A stretch of DNA of 64,000 bases from Patescibacteria group bacterium (GCA_963169855.1 CAUJCN010000002.1:69508-133507); one strand, 5' to 3'. Shown: positions 50,286-60,780, numbered from the stretch's first letter. Numbers and translations: made by a program. Notes: generated by a model from the sequence alone, not told the origin.

Positions 50286-50421
50286 ATAAAATAAATTAAT
50301 TTAATAAATAACTATAGCGATTGTAATTTCCTTTACCTATATAGTTTTGACAAATAATGTCTAAATTGATGCCAATTCTGACAACTACCAACTAAATGTT
50401 AAAAACTGCTAAAATTTAGCT

Positions 50422-51549
50422 ATGAATAAGTTGAAAGAAGATGTAATCGGACTCTTGAACATGGGACTCAACCCTACAGTGGTGGGTTTCCAAGATGATG
50501 GGCTTTTTTACCTGTTCGACTCCCTTTTGAAAGGTAAACTGAGTTCTAATGGATACGATCCTACATTTACATTCACTCATGTAACTTTAGATTCAGGGTC
50601 AAAAATCACTAGTGAAAATTTAGAATTAGAAATAAATCGTGGATTAGAGTCTGATCCGTTTCCTGGGAACACTATTTACGAAACAATAGCTAATCAAATT
50701 GAAGTTGTTTGTGTAATGGATAATATTGCTGATTTGCAAAGTATCGAGACAATTATAGAAGTTTGCGATAATTTGATAAAGAAGTACCGAGAGAAACTTA
50801 GATTTGTTTATATAGTAGAAGACCCTAGCCTGTTGAGTAAGCTAAAAAACAAAATTTTCGCTCAATCTAGCTTCTTCGATGCAGTTGTATATCAAAAAAT
50901 TGGAGTAAATTGGGATGAAGAAAGTTTATACGAATTTTTAAAACCTCAGTTTAAGAAAGAATTGACTGCTGATCAGCTAAATCTATTAAAAGAGATTTCT
51001 GGAAATCATTTTGGAACTTACAAACGCTTATACAAAGATTGGGTTTTGAACCTAGAAACAACACAACGATACGTAGAGTTGTTGATTGAGAATTTTGATC
51101 CAGCAACGCTAAATACCTTCAGGAAAGTAATTAGAAATGAGCAATTGAATTCTGATGAGGAGAAAATTGCTTCTGATTATTCTAAAGTAAATTTACTTAA
51201 AGGAAATAAGATTACTATTCCAATTTTAGAATCTGCAATTAAAAATTCAAAAGTTCCTAACAAAATTTTTATAGATACGACTGATAAACTTTCTGGATTA
51301 GATTTAAATCTACTTTCCAAAACTGAGAGAGACATTACGGAAGCGTTAATGAAAACTAATGAAATTATTTCGAAAGAAGAAATGGGAAATGTAATTTGGA
51401 AAGATCGCGCAGGAGAAATGTTCTCTGTTTGGGCTGTAGATCAAAGAATATCGCGACTAAGAAGGAAGTTTATGGATCTTGGTTTAGAATATGATATTCA
51501 AACAGTTTATGGGAAAGGGTTTAAATTGGTAAAATTTGGAAATAACTAA
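50422..51549 (+). CDS. transcriptional regulator with C-terminal OmpR/PhoB-type winged-helix domain and non-canonical N-terminal region
   Basis: LSKTERDITEALMKTNEIISKEEMGNVIW...VDQRISRLRRKF...IQTVYGKGFKLV matches trans_reg_C; N-terminal 280 aa lack a recognisable receiver. Confidence 0.55.
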   Translation: MNKLKEDVIGLLNMGLNPTVVGFQDDGLFYLFDSLLKGKLSSNGYDPTFTFTHVTLDSGSKITSENLELEINRGLESDPFPGNTIYETIANQIEVVCVMDNIADLQSIETIIEVCDNLIKKYREKLRFVYIVEDPSLLSKLKNKIFAQSSFFDAVVYQKIGVNWDEESLYEFLKPQFKKELTADQLNLLKEISGNHFGTYKRLYKDWVLNLETTQRYVELLIENFDPATLNTFRKVIRNEQLNSDEEKIASDYSKVNLLKGNKITIPILESAIKNSKVPNKIFIDTTDKLSGLDLNLLSKTERDITEALMKTNEIISKEEMGNVIWKDRAGEMFSVWAVDQRISRLRRKFMDLGLEYDIQTVYGKGFKLVKFGNN

Positions 51550-51550
51550 A

Positions 51551-53317
51551 CTACATTCTCTCCACTTGAAGCTTGTATGCTTCGGCATAAATTCCATTCT
51601 TCTTCATCAGATCATCGTGTGTTCCTTCTTCTGCAATTTCACCGTCAGACATTACGATAATCCTGTCCGCATTTTTAACTGTAGAAAACCTGTGAGAGAT
51701 TATCACAACAGTTTTATCTTTAAAGAATTCATAAATATTGTTAAAGATTTTGAATTCTGATTTAGCGTCAATCGCAGATGTTGGTTCGTCGAAAATTAAA
51801 AGGGGAGCATCTTTGTAAAAGAAACGAGCAAGTGCAAGTTTTTGACTCTGACCTCCAGACAATCTTATCCCTCCTTTAAATCTTTCGGATGGAATTGTTT
51901 CGTATTGATTTGGTAACGCTTCAATGAATTCTGTTGCATCAGCTAATTCCACAGCCGCACGAACTTTCTCCATGGAAATTTTTTCATCTTGATCTAGTGC
52001 AATATTTTGTTTTATAGAAACTGATTCATAATTAAAGAAATCTTGAAAGATTACACCCATGTTTTCGAAATGATCTGCATAGCTTATCTCATTTAAATTA
52101 ACGCCATTTACAAGAATCTCGCCTTTCTCGACATCGTAAAGTTTAGAAAGGAGTTTGATCAGGGTCGTTTTCCCAGCTCCGTTTTCTCCTACAATCGCAA
52201 TCTTCTCACCCTGCTCTATTTTGAGGTTTAAATTCTTAATAACTTCTTTTTCCGAGCGAGCGTAATTAAAACTTAAATTATTAATTTCTATTTCTGGTGC
52301 TCTTCCCGTTACAAATGTTCTAAAGTTTTTCTCCTGAGGTTTAAGCTCCAAGAATTTCCTAAATTCATTTATATCAATTGAGAATTGTGAAAGAAAACTC
52401 ATCTCATCGGCAAGTGCAGAAACAGCAGTATTAAATCTAGTTAAACTTGCAAAACGAAAAGTCATTGTACCCAAAGAAATAAAATTCTCGATGTAAGCTA
52501 TGACCGTTGAAACATATCCGAAGAAGTACACTATTTGCATTGGAAGGCCTGAAAGAAATTCAGCAATTTCCCAGCTTCTTACAATTCTTAAATACCCATC
52601 AAGATATTTTATTCTGAACGATTTAAAGAGACCATCAAAGAAATTGAACGAATCGTTAATTTTAATATCCTTTAAATAAAGTGACTCAGATAGATACGTT
52701 TTAGTTGTCCAAGCTCGTCTTTCTTCTTCGGTCCATTTTCTTCTGAATTCGAAATCTTTTCTTATAAATCGTCTGATAGAAAAGTAATATAAAAGCGAAC
52801 CAAGAATGTACGCCAATATATAGAAAGGAAGAAAGGCAACAATTATCAAAAGATCTGCTACAAGTCCAGTAAAGATAGAAATTACATGAACAACACTTCT
52901 GAAAAGGTCTAAAGATTTTCTTACACTTTCAGAAGCACGCATCATTAGATTGTTAATTTCAGGGTTTTCTAGTTGTTCTAAAGTTAAATCTGCGGCCTTT
53001 TGGTAAATTCGTTCTGTACCAAAAAATCTTATATTCTGAGAAAGGTAAGTAGAAGAATAGGCGTTAATATGAATGGATATTCTTTCTGAAACTATGATTC
53101 CAAATAGAATAAGAATATTTGTAATCACCAAAGAAATTTTCTGTTCTTTTGTAACATCTCCTAACAAAAGAATATCGATAATTCTTGCACCCTGAAGTGT
53201 TAGAGCAATTGGAACAATTTTTCTAAAGACAGAAGTAAGTATGAACAAAAAGGTTCTCGATTTCGAAATTCCAAATACAAAACTTATAGACCAAAGTGCG
53301 TTAGAGAAAATGTTCAT
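51551..53317 (-). CDS. ABC exporter (fused TMD-NBD)
   Basis: Walker A GENGAGKTTL; signature LSGGQSQK; Walker B LLIFDEPTSAID. Confidence 0.85.
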   Translation of the reverse strand: MNIFSNALWSISFVFGISKSRTFLFILTSVFRKIVPIALTLQGARIIDILLLGDVTKEQKISLVITNILILFGIIVSERISIHINAYSSTYLSQNIRFFGTERIYQKAADLTLEQLENPEINNLMMRASESVRKSLDLFRSVVHVISIFTGLVADLLIIVAFLPFYILAYILGSLLYYFSIRRFIRKDFEFRRKWTEEERRAWTTKTYLSESLYLKDIKINDSFNFFDGLFKSFRIKYLDGYLRIVRSWEIAEFLSGLPMQIVYFFGYVSTVIAYIENFISLGTMTFRFASLTRFNTAVSALADEMSFLSQFSIDINEFRKFLELKPQEKNFRTFVTGRAPEIEINNLSFNYARSEKEVIKNLNLKIEQGEKIAIVGENGAGKTTLIKLLSKLYDVEKGEILVNGVNLNEISYADHFENMGVIFQDFFNYESVSIKQNIALDQDEKISMEKVRAAVELADATEFIEALPNQYETIPSERFKGGIRLSGGQSQKLALARFFYKDAPLLIFDEPTSAIDAKSEFKIFNNIYEFFKDKTVVIISHRFSTVKNADRIIVMSDGEIAEEGTHDDLMKKNGIYAEAYKLQVERM

Positions 53318-53354
53318 TAAGTAATAATAAACTAAAGAATTTGAGATTTAAAGA

Positions 53355-54115
53355 CTAGAATATTAATCTCCAGGGAACAAATTTTACAAAGAATGTGATT
53401 GCAATCCAATAAGGTAAGCCAGGAATGACAACTGCCTTGTTACGCCTAAAACCCTTGTAACCTCTTTTCGCTACAAATTCTGTTGAGTAACTAATTGCTT
53501 TGTAGAAAGTTGAAAGTTTGTAACCAGTATTCGCACGACTAAAGAATTGTGTTCTAGTAACTGGTGGACAAAGAACTGTTACGCCAACCCCACGTTTGCG
53601 TAATTCACCTCTCAAACCTAGAGAAAAGTTATAAATGTATGTTTTAACTGAGGAGTAAATATTTAATGTTGAGCTTGGTATAAACGCTACTACAGAAGAT
53701 ACGTTCATAATTTGCCCAGAATTTCTTTGCAGATTAGGAATAAAAAGGTTCACAATTTTTGTAAGATTCATCACATGGACTGTAATGACTTCATTTATCT
53801 GTTCTTGAGTAGTATCTGCGACATCTTCGTCTAAACCTTCACCAGCGTTATTTACTAAAAAGCCGATTTCAAGATTATTATTGGTTACAAATTCGTACAA
53901 TCTTTGTGGTGCATCAGATTCAGAAATATCTAATTTCAAAGTTCTAATATCCAAATCCTGTCGTCCAGATTCATTTCTAATTTCATCGGGGTAAAGCTTC
54001 CAATTTAGCTTCGTTTCTTCCAACAATAATTAGATTTACTCCATCCTTAGCAAAATGCCTTGCGAGATCCAATCCCTGAAGTGCTACCTGTAATTAGTGC
54101 ATATGAATTTGTCAT
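53355..54115 (-). pseudogene. short-chain dehydrogenase/reductase disrupted by two +1 frameshifts near the 5' end
   Basis: Frame A MTNSYALITGSTSGIG; frame B LARHFAKDGVNLIIVGRNEAKLEAL; frame C (tracked ORF) continues ...LVNNAG...YSSVK. Concatenation gives a canonical SDR. Confidence 0.6.
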
Positions 54116-54180
54116 ACTACAATATACCATCTTGGAATTAGTTAATTAATATGAGATACTTCAGTAGTTAAAACTGATAC

Positions 54181-55509
54181 ATGAATTTTACTAAAACCAT
54201 GGAATTCGAAGGCGTTGCAATGAAACCTGTTGTTCAACCACAGCTTTTAGCAGGACAGACTCAAGAAGCTTTTTTTCGATACCCAGATACTATTGTGACT
54301 TTGCCATACGGTAGAAACCAGGCTGGCGAAATCGTACTAGGAAATTTCTCTTTTGAAGAAGCAGACACAACTAATAAGAAAACATCCCAACCATTTCCTA
54401 AATACATTCAAAATTCAACTGCATTCAACTTTCCAGAACAAACAGAGATTACCCAAGGAATGACTTTCAAAGATTTCTTCCATTCAGTTATAGTAGGAGA
54501 AGAAACAGATATTCGAAAAATTACTGCAGTTACTGAACTCATGATTTCTCAATACCCTAAAATTTTCGAAAGAATTTTCAACCCTGAAGTTATCAAATCT
54601 GTAAGAAACAAGTACTATTCAGTAATGATAAATACATTGAAAAAATATTCAGCAGATCCAAAGGTTTCGCAGCAAATGCAAGACTACATTCAAATATTCG
54701 AACACAACGGGCTAGAAGGATTAACAACATCAATGTCACAAATCGCTAGTATGTCAGGTAAATATGCAGATAAAATCCATGAAGATCCATGGATGAAAAC
54801 CGATGAATACGGAGTATACACTGGTGGGCAAGAGGTTCTATCTTTCACACATACAGGAGATCTTGTTAAAAATGATATTCCTGATTTAAGAAATGTAAAA
54901 ATTGCGCTGAATTTCGAATATGTTCCGGCTGCACAGAGTTTACAAGTGATTCTAACTGGAGGAGGATTGCAAAGATTTAATGATCCATCAAGACACGCAA
55001 AAATTTTTAAAGGAAAAGATGGATTAATTGATGAACCCCTAAAAGATAGAGTAATGAATTTCTATAATTACTTAACTTCAGCATTGATGTTTGTTTATCA
55101 AGGCGCTGGTGTAGATCAGGATGATATTATCCAAGTTGCCAATAATGCGTGTACAGTTATTATGGAAGTTATTCAGGAAACAGGGAAATCATTAATTCCC
55201 GAAAATTTCCCTGTTTTAGAACAAAAGAATCTACGTGAGATTTCTAAATTTATTCAAAACTTTTTCCCTTTGGATTTTAAACCTAACCCAGAAATCACAA
55301 CTGTAACTACTTCCATCATGTTTCCTAAGATTGTAGGTACAGTTGCAGAAAATGCAACAAATACAGCAGACGAGGTACTAGAACCAGTTGCGTTAAACAT
55401 GAGCTTGGAAGATCTTCTTGTGTTGATTCAACAAGGACTTATTCAAGACCAAAGATTAATAGCTGCAACTGGAACTTTTATTGCAAAAGAAATTTTCAAC
55501 TTAAACTGA
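54181..55509 (+). CDS. hypothetical protein
   Basis: 442 aa, no motif recognised. Confidence 0.4.
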   Translation: MNFTKTMEFEGVAMKPVVQPQLLAGQTQEAFFRYPDTIVTLPYGRNQAGEIVLGNFSFEEADTTNKKTSQPFPKYIQNSTAFNFPEQTEITQGMTFKDFFHSVIVGEETDIRKITAVTELMISQYPKIFERIFNPEVIKSVRNKYYSVMINTLKKYSADPKVSQQMQDYIQIFEHNGLEGLTTSMSQIASMSGKYADKIHEDPWMKTDEYGVYTGGQEVLSFTHTGDLVKNDIPDLRNVKIALNFEYVPAAQSLQVILTGGGLQRFNDPSRHAKIFKGKDGLIDEPLKDRVMNFYNYLTSALMFVYQGAGVDQDDIIQVANNACTVIMEVIQETGKSLIPENFPVLEQKNLREISKFIQNFFPLDFKPNPEITTVTTSIMFPKIVGTVAENATNTADEVLEPVALNMSLEDLLVLIQQGLIQDQRLIAATGTFIAKEIFNLN

Positions 55510-55512
55510 TAA

Positions 55513-55959
55513 TTATTTCTTTAAAGAATCTCTAATTTGTTTTAGAACTTTTAATTCCTCTGAATCTGGAACAACAGTTTCTTTAATTTTTTCGTCTTCT
55601 TTGATTTCTTCTTTCTTTTGCTCTCTTTTAACTCGATTGATTACTTTGACAAACAGGAAAACTGATGCTGCAATTATTAAAAAGTTGAAAGTAATTTGAA
55701 GAAAGTTTCCATATCTAACTGATACTTCAGGCATTAACTTCTCACCCTCCGTGTATGCTTCCCTAATTACTACTTTCAAATCAGTAAAGTTTACATTACC
55801 AATCAAAACCCCAACTGGAGGCATGATAATATCTTCAACAATTGAAGTTACTATTCTTCCAAACGCAGTTCCTAAAATAACTCCAACTGCTAAATCGATT
55901 ACGTTTCCTCTAGATATAAATTCTTTGAATTCTTGGATTAGTGATTTATTTTCTGCCAT
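55513..55959 (-). CDS. mscL: large-conductance mechanosensitive channel
   Basis: EFKEFISRGNVIDLAVGVILGTAFGRIVTSIVEDIIMPPVG. Confidence 0.85.
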   Translation of the reverse strand: MAENKSLIQEFKEFISRGNVIDLAVGVILGTAFGRIVTSIVEDIIMPPVGVLIGNVNFTDLKVVIREAYTEGEKLMPEVSVRYGNFLQITFNFLIIAASVFLFVKVINRVKREQKKEEIKEDEKIKETVVPDSEELKVLKQIRDSLKK

Positions 55960-56041
55960 AACTGTATAAAAGTTTCAAAATTTAAAGCTAAAAGATTAAA
56001 AATAATCTGACTAAATTTTATCACAACGTTTAATCTAAAGC

Positions 56042-56066
56042 AGATCCCGCATCAAGTGCGGGATCT
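56042..56066. repeat. GC-rich palindromic hairpin (copy 2), likely the dnaK terminator
   Basis: agatcccgca-tcaag-tgcgggatct; exact reverse complement of 29607..29631. Confidence 0.6.
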
Positions 56067-56087
56067 AATAATCAAGTTGTTGTAACC

Positions 56088-58022
56088 TTAGTTGTTGTCT
56101 TTTTCTGGATCGATAACCTCGCTTGGTTCAGCTGGTTCATCGTTTGTTGGAGTTGGAACTCCAGATCCATCATTTGGTTGTGCTTCTGGTTGAGAATTGC
56201 TTTGATATAAAGTTGCATCTACGCCTTGCAAAGCTTCCATTAATTCCTTAGTAGCATTTTCTAAATTAGCCAATTCTGCGCTATTAGAATCTTTTACAGT
56301 CTTAAGTTCAGTTTTTGTTTTTTCAACACTTTCCTCAAGCTTCATCTTATCCTCTTCCTTCACCTTGTCTTTATTTTCAGATAAAAGTTTTTCTGTTTGA
56401 TAAATTACAGTTTCAGCTTCGTTTATAGCTTTTAATCTTGCGAGTTCTAACTGATCCTTTTGTGCATTCTCAGCAGCTTCTTTTACGAATTTATCGATTT
56501 CAGCCTGATCTAATTGAGTAGATGCTGTAATTGTAATCTGTTGCTCTTTCTGAGATTTAAGATCTTTAGCTTTAACATTCAAGATTCCGTTTGCATCTAG
56601 TTTAAATGTAATTGCAAATCTTGGTGTATTTCTTGGTGCTGGATCAATTCCATCCAATCTAAAGTTTCCTAAAACCTTGTTATCTCTTGCCAAAGGTCTT
56701 TCTCCTTGGAGAACTTTTACATCGATTGCTGGTTGATTATCCACGGCAGTTGTAAACATATCTTCAGTTTTTTCAGTTGGGATTGTTGTGTTTCTTGGAA
56801 TTAATACGTGCATTTCTCCAGCATTAACTTCTAAACCTAATGATAACGGTGTAACGTCCAATAAAGTAATGTCTTGAACAGAAGAATCTCCTGCAAGAAC
56901 TGCAGCCTGTAGAGATGCTCCAACAGCTACAACTTCATCTGGGTTAACACTTAGGTTTGGTTTCTTTCCAAAGAATTCTTCCACTTTCTTTAAAACCAAA
57001 GGCATTCTTGTCATACCTCCAACCATAATTACTTCTTGAATTTCTGATTTAGAAATTCCTGCGTCTGTAATAGCCTTATTTACTGAATCAAAAGTTCTTT
57101 CGATAAGATTCATTACTAATTTCTCGTAGTCTGCTTTCGATAAAGTCATTCTGAAATGCTTAGGACCTTTTGCATCAGCAGTGATGTAAGGTAAGTTCAC
57201 TTCTGTAGATTCTGCACTAGACAATGTAATCTTTGCTTTTTCTGCAGCTTCTTTTAATCTTTGTAATGCTGCGGGATCTTCTTTCAAATCAATTCCCTGA
57301 TCTTTCTTGAATTCAGCAATCATGTGGTCGATTAATACTTGGTCGAAGTCGTCTCCTCCTAAGTGAGTGTCTCCAGATGTAGATTTCACTTCGTAAACAC
57401 CATCTCCAATTTCTAAGACAGAAACATCGAATGTTCCTCCTCCTAAGTCGTAAACAATTATTGTTTGATCTCCTTGTTTATCAAGACCGTACGCAATTGC
57501 TGCTGCTGTAGGTTCGTTAATAATTCTTAGAACTTCTAGTCCTGCGATCTGACCTGCATTCTTTGTTGCCTGTCTTTGTGCATCATCAAAGTAAGCTGGA
57601 ACAGTAATTACTGCTTGATTTACAGGCTCACCTAGATAAGCTTCCGCGTCGGCTTTAATTTTTGCTAAAACTTTAGCAGAGATAACTTCTGGTGCAACCC
57701 ATTGATCACCAAATTTAATTTCAATTCCGTCTTTTGCACTCTTTCTAATTTCGAAAGGTAAAAGACCTACATCTTTCTGGACAGCAGCATCGTCGAAACG
57801 TCTACCGATTAATCTTTTGATTGAATAAAATGTCTGCTCAGGATTTGTAACCATTTGGTTTTTTGCTGTGATTCCAACAATTTCTGATTGAACGTCTACA
57901 GCTACAACAGATGGAACTAGTCTAGATCCTTCTTTACTCGTAATAACTTCAGGTTTTCCTGCCTGTACGAAGGCAACTACTGAGTTTGTTGTTCCTAAGT
58001 CGATTCCTACAACTTTTGCCAT
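56088..58022 (-). CDS. dnaK: molecular chaperone DnaK
   Basis: IDLGTTNS, DLGGGTFD, VGGMTRMP and other Hsp70 motifs. Confidence 0.95.
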   Translation of the reverse strand: MAKVVGIDLGTTNSVVAFVQAGKPEVITSKEGSRLVPSVVAVDVQSEIVGITAKNQMVTNPEQTFYSIKRLIGRRFDDAAVQKDVGLLPFEIRKSAKDGIEIKFGDQWVAPEVISAKVLAKIKADAEAYLGEPVNQAVITVPAYFDDAQRQATKNAGQIAGLEVLRIINEPTAAAIAYGLDKQGDQTIIVYDLGGGTFDVSVLEIGDGVYEVKSTSGDTHLGGDDFDQVLIDHMIAEFKKDQGIDLKEDPAALQRLKEAAEKAKITLSSAESTEVNLPYITADAKGPKHFRMTLSKADYEKLVMNLIERTFDSVNKAITDAGISKSEIQEVIMVGGMTRMPLVLKKVEEFFGKKPNLSVNPDEVVAVGASLQAAVLAGDSSVQDITLLDVTPLSLGLEVNAGEMHVLIPRNTTIPTEKTEDMFTTAVDNQPAIDVKVLQGERPLARDNKVLGNFRLDGIDPAPRNTPRFAITFKLDANGILNVKAKDLKSQKEQQITITASTQLDQAEIDKFVKEAAENAQKDQLELARLKAINEAETVIYQTEKLLSENKDKVKEEDKMKLEESVEKTKTELKTVKDSNSAELANLENATKELMEALQGVDATLYQSNSQPEAQPNDGSGVPTPTNDEPAEPSEVIDPEKDNN

Positions 58023-58205
58023 AATAATAAAAGTTTAAAAATAAAAAGGTCTAAAGATTAAATTAAGCTCGAAATTCAAAGATTGAAGTTCGAAAATTAA
58101 TTAATCTTACACTTTATTCCTAATGTGAGCCACTAGGTGGCTTGTCGAACCATCAAGGTAATTTCACATTTCGACTTCGCTCATGTGACACCTTTGCTGC
58201 TCGAA

Positions 58206-58232
58206 TTAGCAGTATAAGTATAAGCCTGCTAA
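58206..58232. promoter_or_regulatory. CIRCE-like inverted repeat ~180 bp upstream of dnaK
   Basis: TTAGCAGTA-TAAGTATAA-GCCTGCTAA; same TTAGCAG-N13-CTGCTAA core as 42733..42759. Confidence 0.55.
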
Positions 58233-58439
58233 TTTATTGTGTCAAGAATTAATATGTTACAAAATGGGATTTTATAGTTCTACTAACTGTTTTTTTAACT
58301 CTTCAATTAATTCATCAATAATTGTATGTAATGATTCAATTCCTGCGACAATCTCGATAGTTATGTTTAGCTCCCTTTGTAGATAATTCTTTTGTACTAC
58401 TAGGGAAGTTACGAAAGTGAGATGAAAGTTGCACAGCGA

Positions 58440-59693
58440 TCAAATTGCCGAAATCAATGCGTTAAGTTCAGGAAAGTTCTGGTTGAAAACCTCTACAATC
58501 TCGGATCTGAATACAGGACAAGTTTTATTGTAAATTTCAGTAATGCCAGCTTGATATGGATGTGAATCATAGTTTGGGTATTCTAGATCAAATTGCTCAC
58601 CATTATTACTTTCTGATTCTCGAATTTTATCTTGGGGCATTCTAACTGCAACTGCTTTATAGTGGGCAAAAGATCCCACAACTTTTCCAGTTGGGTCAAT
58701 AATTGTCACACATGATAGAAAAGGTAAATGAACAGGAAGTCCTCTGGCAGCTAATGATTCAACCCAACCTACAGCGTTGTAATATCCTGTTTTTTCAACA
58801 ATTGAGTATCCTAAAGCTATCAACTTCTTAGCTGTTTCTGACCCAGTAAAGTCAAAGAATGGTTCTTCAAAGACCTCGTTGTTTTTCATGTTTTCTACAA
58901 GTTCGCTTTCTGGAGTTTCCGAAACAATTTTATGTTGGAGTTTGAGAAATTCGCTTAAGTAACCGACATTAGCATCTGGTTGAACCCAATGACCTGCAGT
59001 TTGTATAGATTTTGTTGGAGAAAACCCCTTGGTCATCTGACCCAAAACTCGAGCGTATTCTTCGTAAGAACCGAAATATTTAAGCAAATACTGTCTAAAA
59101 ACATTAACTGGTAAATTTGCTGAGTATTTTAAAGATAAGATTTGCAGCGTTTTTATTGAAAAGCTGTACGAATCTAATGCTGTATTTAACGGAGGTTTCA
59201 GCTCTTGAGATTGAATATCGTAATAGTCTTCTTCGAAATGTTTTAAAACTGCTTCTAGCTCTTGTTTATCTGTTGGTAGTTCTGAATTTAAGTAGTTTTT
59301 GAAAATGACTTCCAGTACCTTTCGGATATCTGGATTATCGCTTACAACAAATAATTGTTTTCGACCAATTAATTCAGCGATTAGACTTCCAGCGTTTAAA
59401 TCTATCTGAGTATCTCCTTCCTTCGAAACGATTTGATCGAATAATGAAGATATAGCTATTTTTGCGATACTTGCTAGATAAACAGGTTCAGAAGGCTCCT
59501 GTATTAAAATATTTTCACCTTTGATAACTGAACTTGCAGTCTCGCTAGGTATTTCTAGAAATTCAGCTTCTTGGTATTGAGAAAATAGTTTTTGCTCACT
59601 TTCAGCATATGCCGAATTTACTTGTTCAATTCTTGCTTGAAGTCTTGATCTTATTACTTCTGTTTCTGGCGATAGTTCCCTAGGTTTATCCAT
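58440..59693 (-). CDS. hypothetical protein inside the heat-shock operon
   Basis: 417 aa, no motif recognised; 18 bp downstream of grpE. Confidence 0.45.
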   Translation of the reverse strand: MDKPRELSPETEVIRSRLQARIEQVNSAYAESEQKLFSQYQEAEFLEIPSETASSVIKGENILIQEPSEPVYLASIAKIAISSLFDQIVSKEGDTQIDLNAGSLIAELIGRKQLFVVSDNPDIRKVLEVIFKNYLNSELPTDKQELEAVLKHFEEDYYDIQSQELKPPLNTALDSYSFSIKTLQILSLKYSANLPVNVFRQYLLKYFGSYEEYARVLGQMTKGFSPTKSIQTAGHWVQPDANVGYLSEFLKLQHKIVSETPESELVENMKNNEVFEEPFFDFTGSETAKKLIALGYSIVEKTGYYNAVGWVESLAARGLPVHLPFLSCVTIIDPTGKVVGSFAHYKAVAVRMPQDKIRESESNNGEQFDLEYPNYDSHPYQAGITEIYNKTCPVFRSEIVEVFNQNFPELNALISAI

Positions 59694-59711
59694 AAAAATA
59701 GTATATCAGGA

Positions 59712-60674
59712 TTACTTTCCCACTACTACTTTTGCTGGTTTAAAAACGCCTTCTCGATCTTTGTACTTGTAAGCTGAGCTGATTACAGCGATTACTTTTC
59801 CTTTCTGAGATTCGTCTGGAACAGGAATCATAGAAACTGCTTCCATCTTTTCTTTGTCAAAAATATCTCCAACATTAACAGCAATTGTCTCAACTCCAGC
59901 AGAAGCTACAGTTTGAACAATTTTATCTTTTGCTGATCTGATTGAAGATTTTGCATTTTCGATGTCTAGATTCTCATCATTCAGAGCCAGATTGATATCA
60001 TCGTGAATTTCTAAGATAGACCTGATTAATCCCATGTTTGCCATTGCCCCGAATAATGCTTTTTCTCCCTCAACTCTTTTCTGATAATTCTGAAAGTCAG
60101 AAATTAAAGTTATTCTTTTGCTAGTCTCGTCTTTTAATTTAGCTTCCAAATCAGCGATTTTTGCTGATTCACCTTTGTGTTCAATTTTTTCTGTTTCTCC
60201 AAATGAGTTTGCTAAAACTTTTTCCAAAAGACTGAATTCTCTTACTACAATGAAGTAATCTGCATCCTTATCTTCAAGAGTTACTAATTTTATACTCTCT
60301 GAGTCACTGGACACACTAAAGTAATCGCTACCTGAATATTTAGTTAAAAATCCTTGGAAATCGTTAGAAAAATAGTTCACATTTCCTATGTCTTCTCTGC
60401 CTGCGCTAGGTTTTCTAATTTTAACTACATCGACTCCTCCTAAAGAAGTATTTAGAATTCTATCTAGCTTAATAAAAATACCAGTTGAACTTTCTGCAAA
60501 AAATGAACCTTCTTTCAAAAGTTCTTCAGAAAATTGTTCGTATTCTTCTGTAGATTGAGCGAAAATAGAAATAAACTCTAGATTTTCCTCTCCAAAGTTT
60601 AGTTTATCTAAAAAGCTCGCTGCTTTATCTGCAATTTCGATGATTAATGCTGATGCTGACTTCATAATTTTCAT
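59712..60674 (-). CDS. grpE: GrpE with ~165-aa N-terminal extension
   Basis: C-terminal 155 aa carry LISDFQNYQKRVEGE, HDDINLAL, AGVETIAV, FDKEKMEAV, FKPAKVVVGK; N-terminal part unrecognised. Confidence 0.8.
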   Translation of the reverse strand: MKIMKSASALIIEIADKAASFLDKLNFGEENLEFISIFAQSTEEYEQFSEELLKEGSFFAESSTGIFIKLDRILNTSLGGVDVVKIRKPSAGREDIGNVNYFSNDFQGFLTKYSGSDYFSVSSDSESIKLVTLEDKDADYFIVVREFSLLEKVLANSFGETEKIEHKGESAKIADLEAKLKDETSKRITLISDFQNYQKRVEGEKALFGAMANMGLIRSILEIHDDINLALNDENLDIENAKSSIRSAKDKIVQTVASAGVETIAVNVGDIFDKEKMEAVSMIPVPDESQKGKVIAVISSAYKYKDREGVFKPAKVVVGK

Positions 60675-60780
60675 TCTTAACTTGGGATATTATAACACTT
60701 GAAAACTAATGCCAGAATATACCTTACAGTTAATCAAAGCTTGAAAAGTGAAGATAGAAGATCGAAAAAATTACTCTAGA

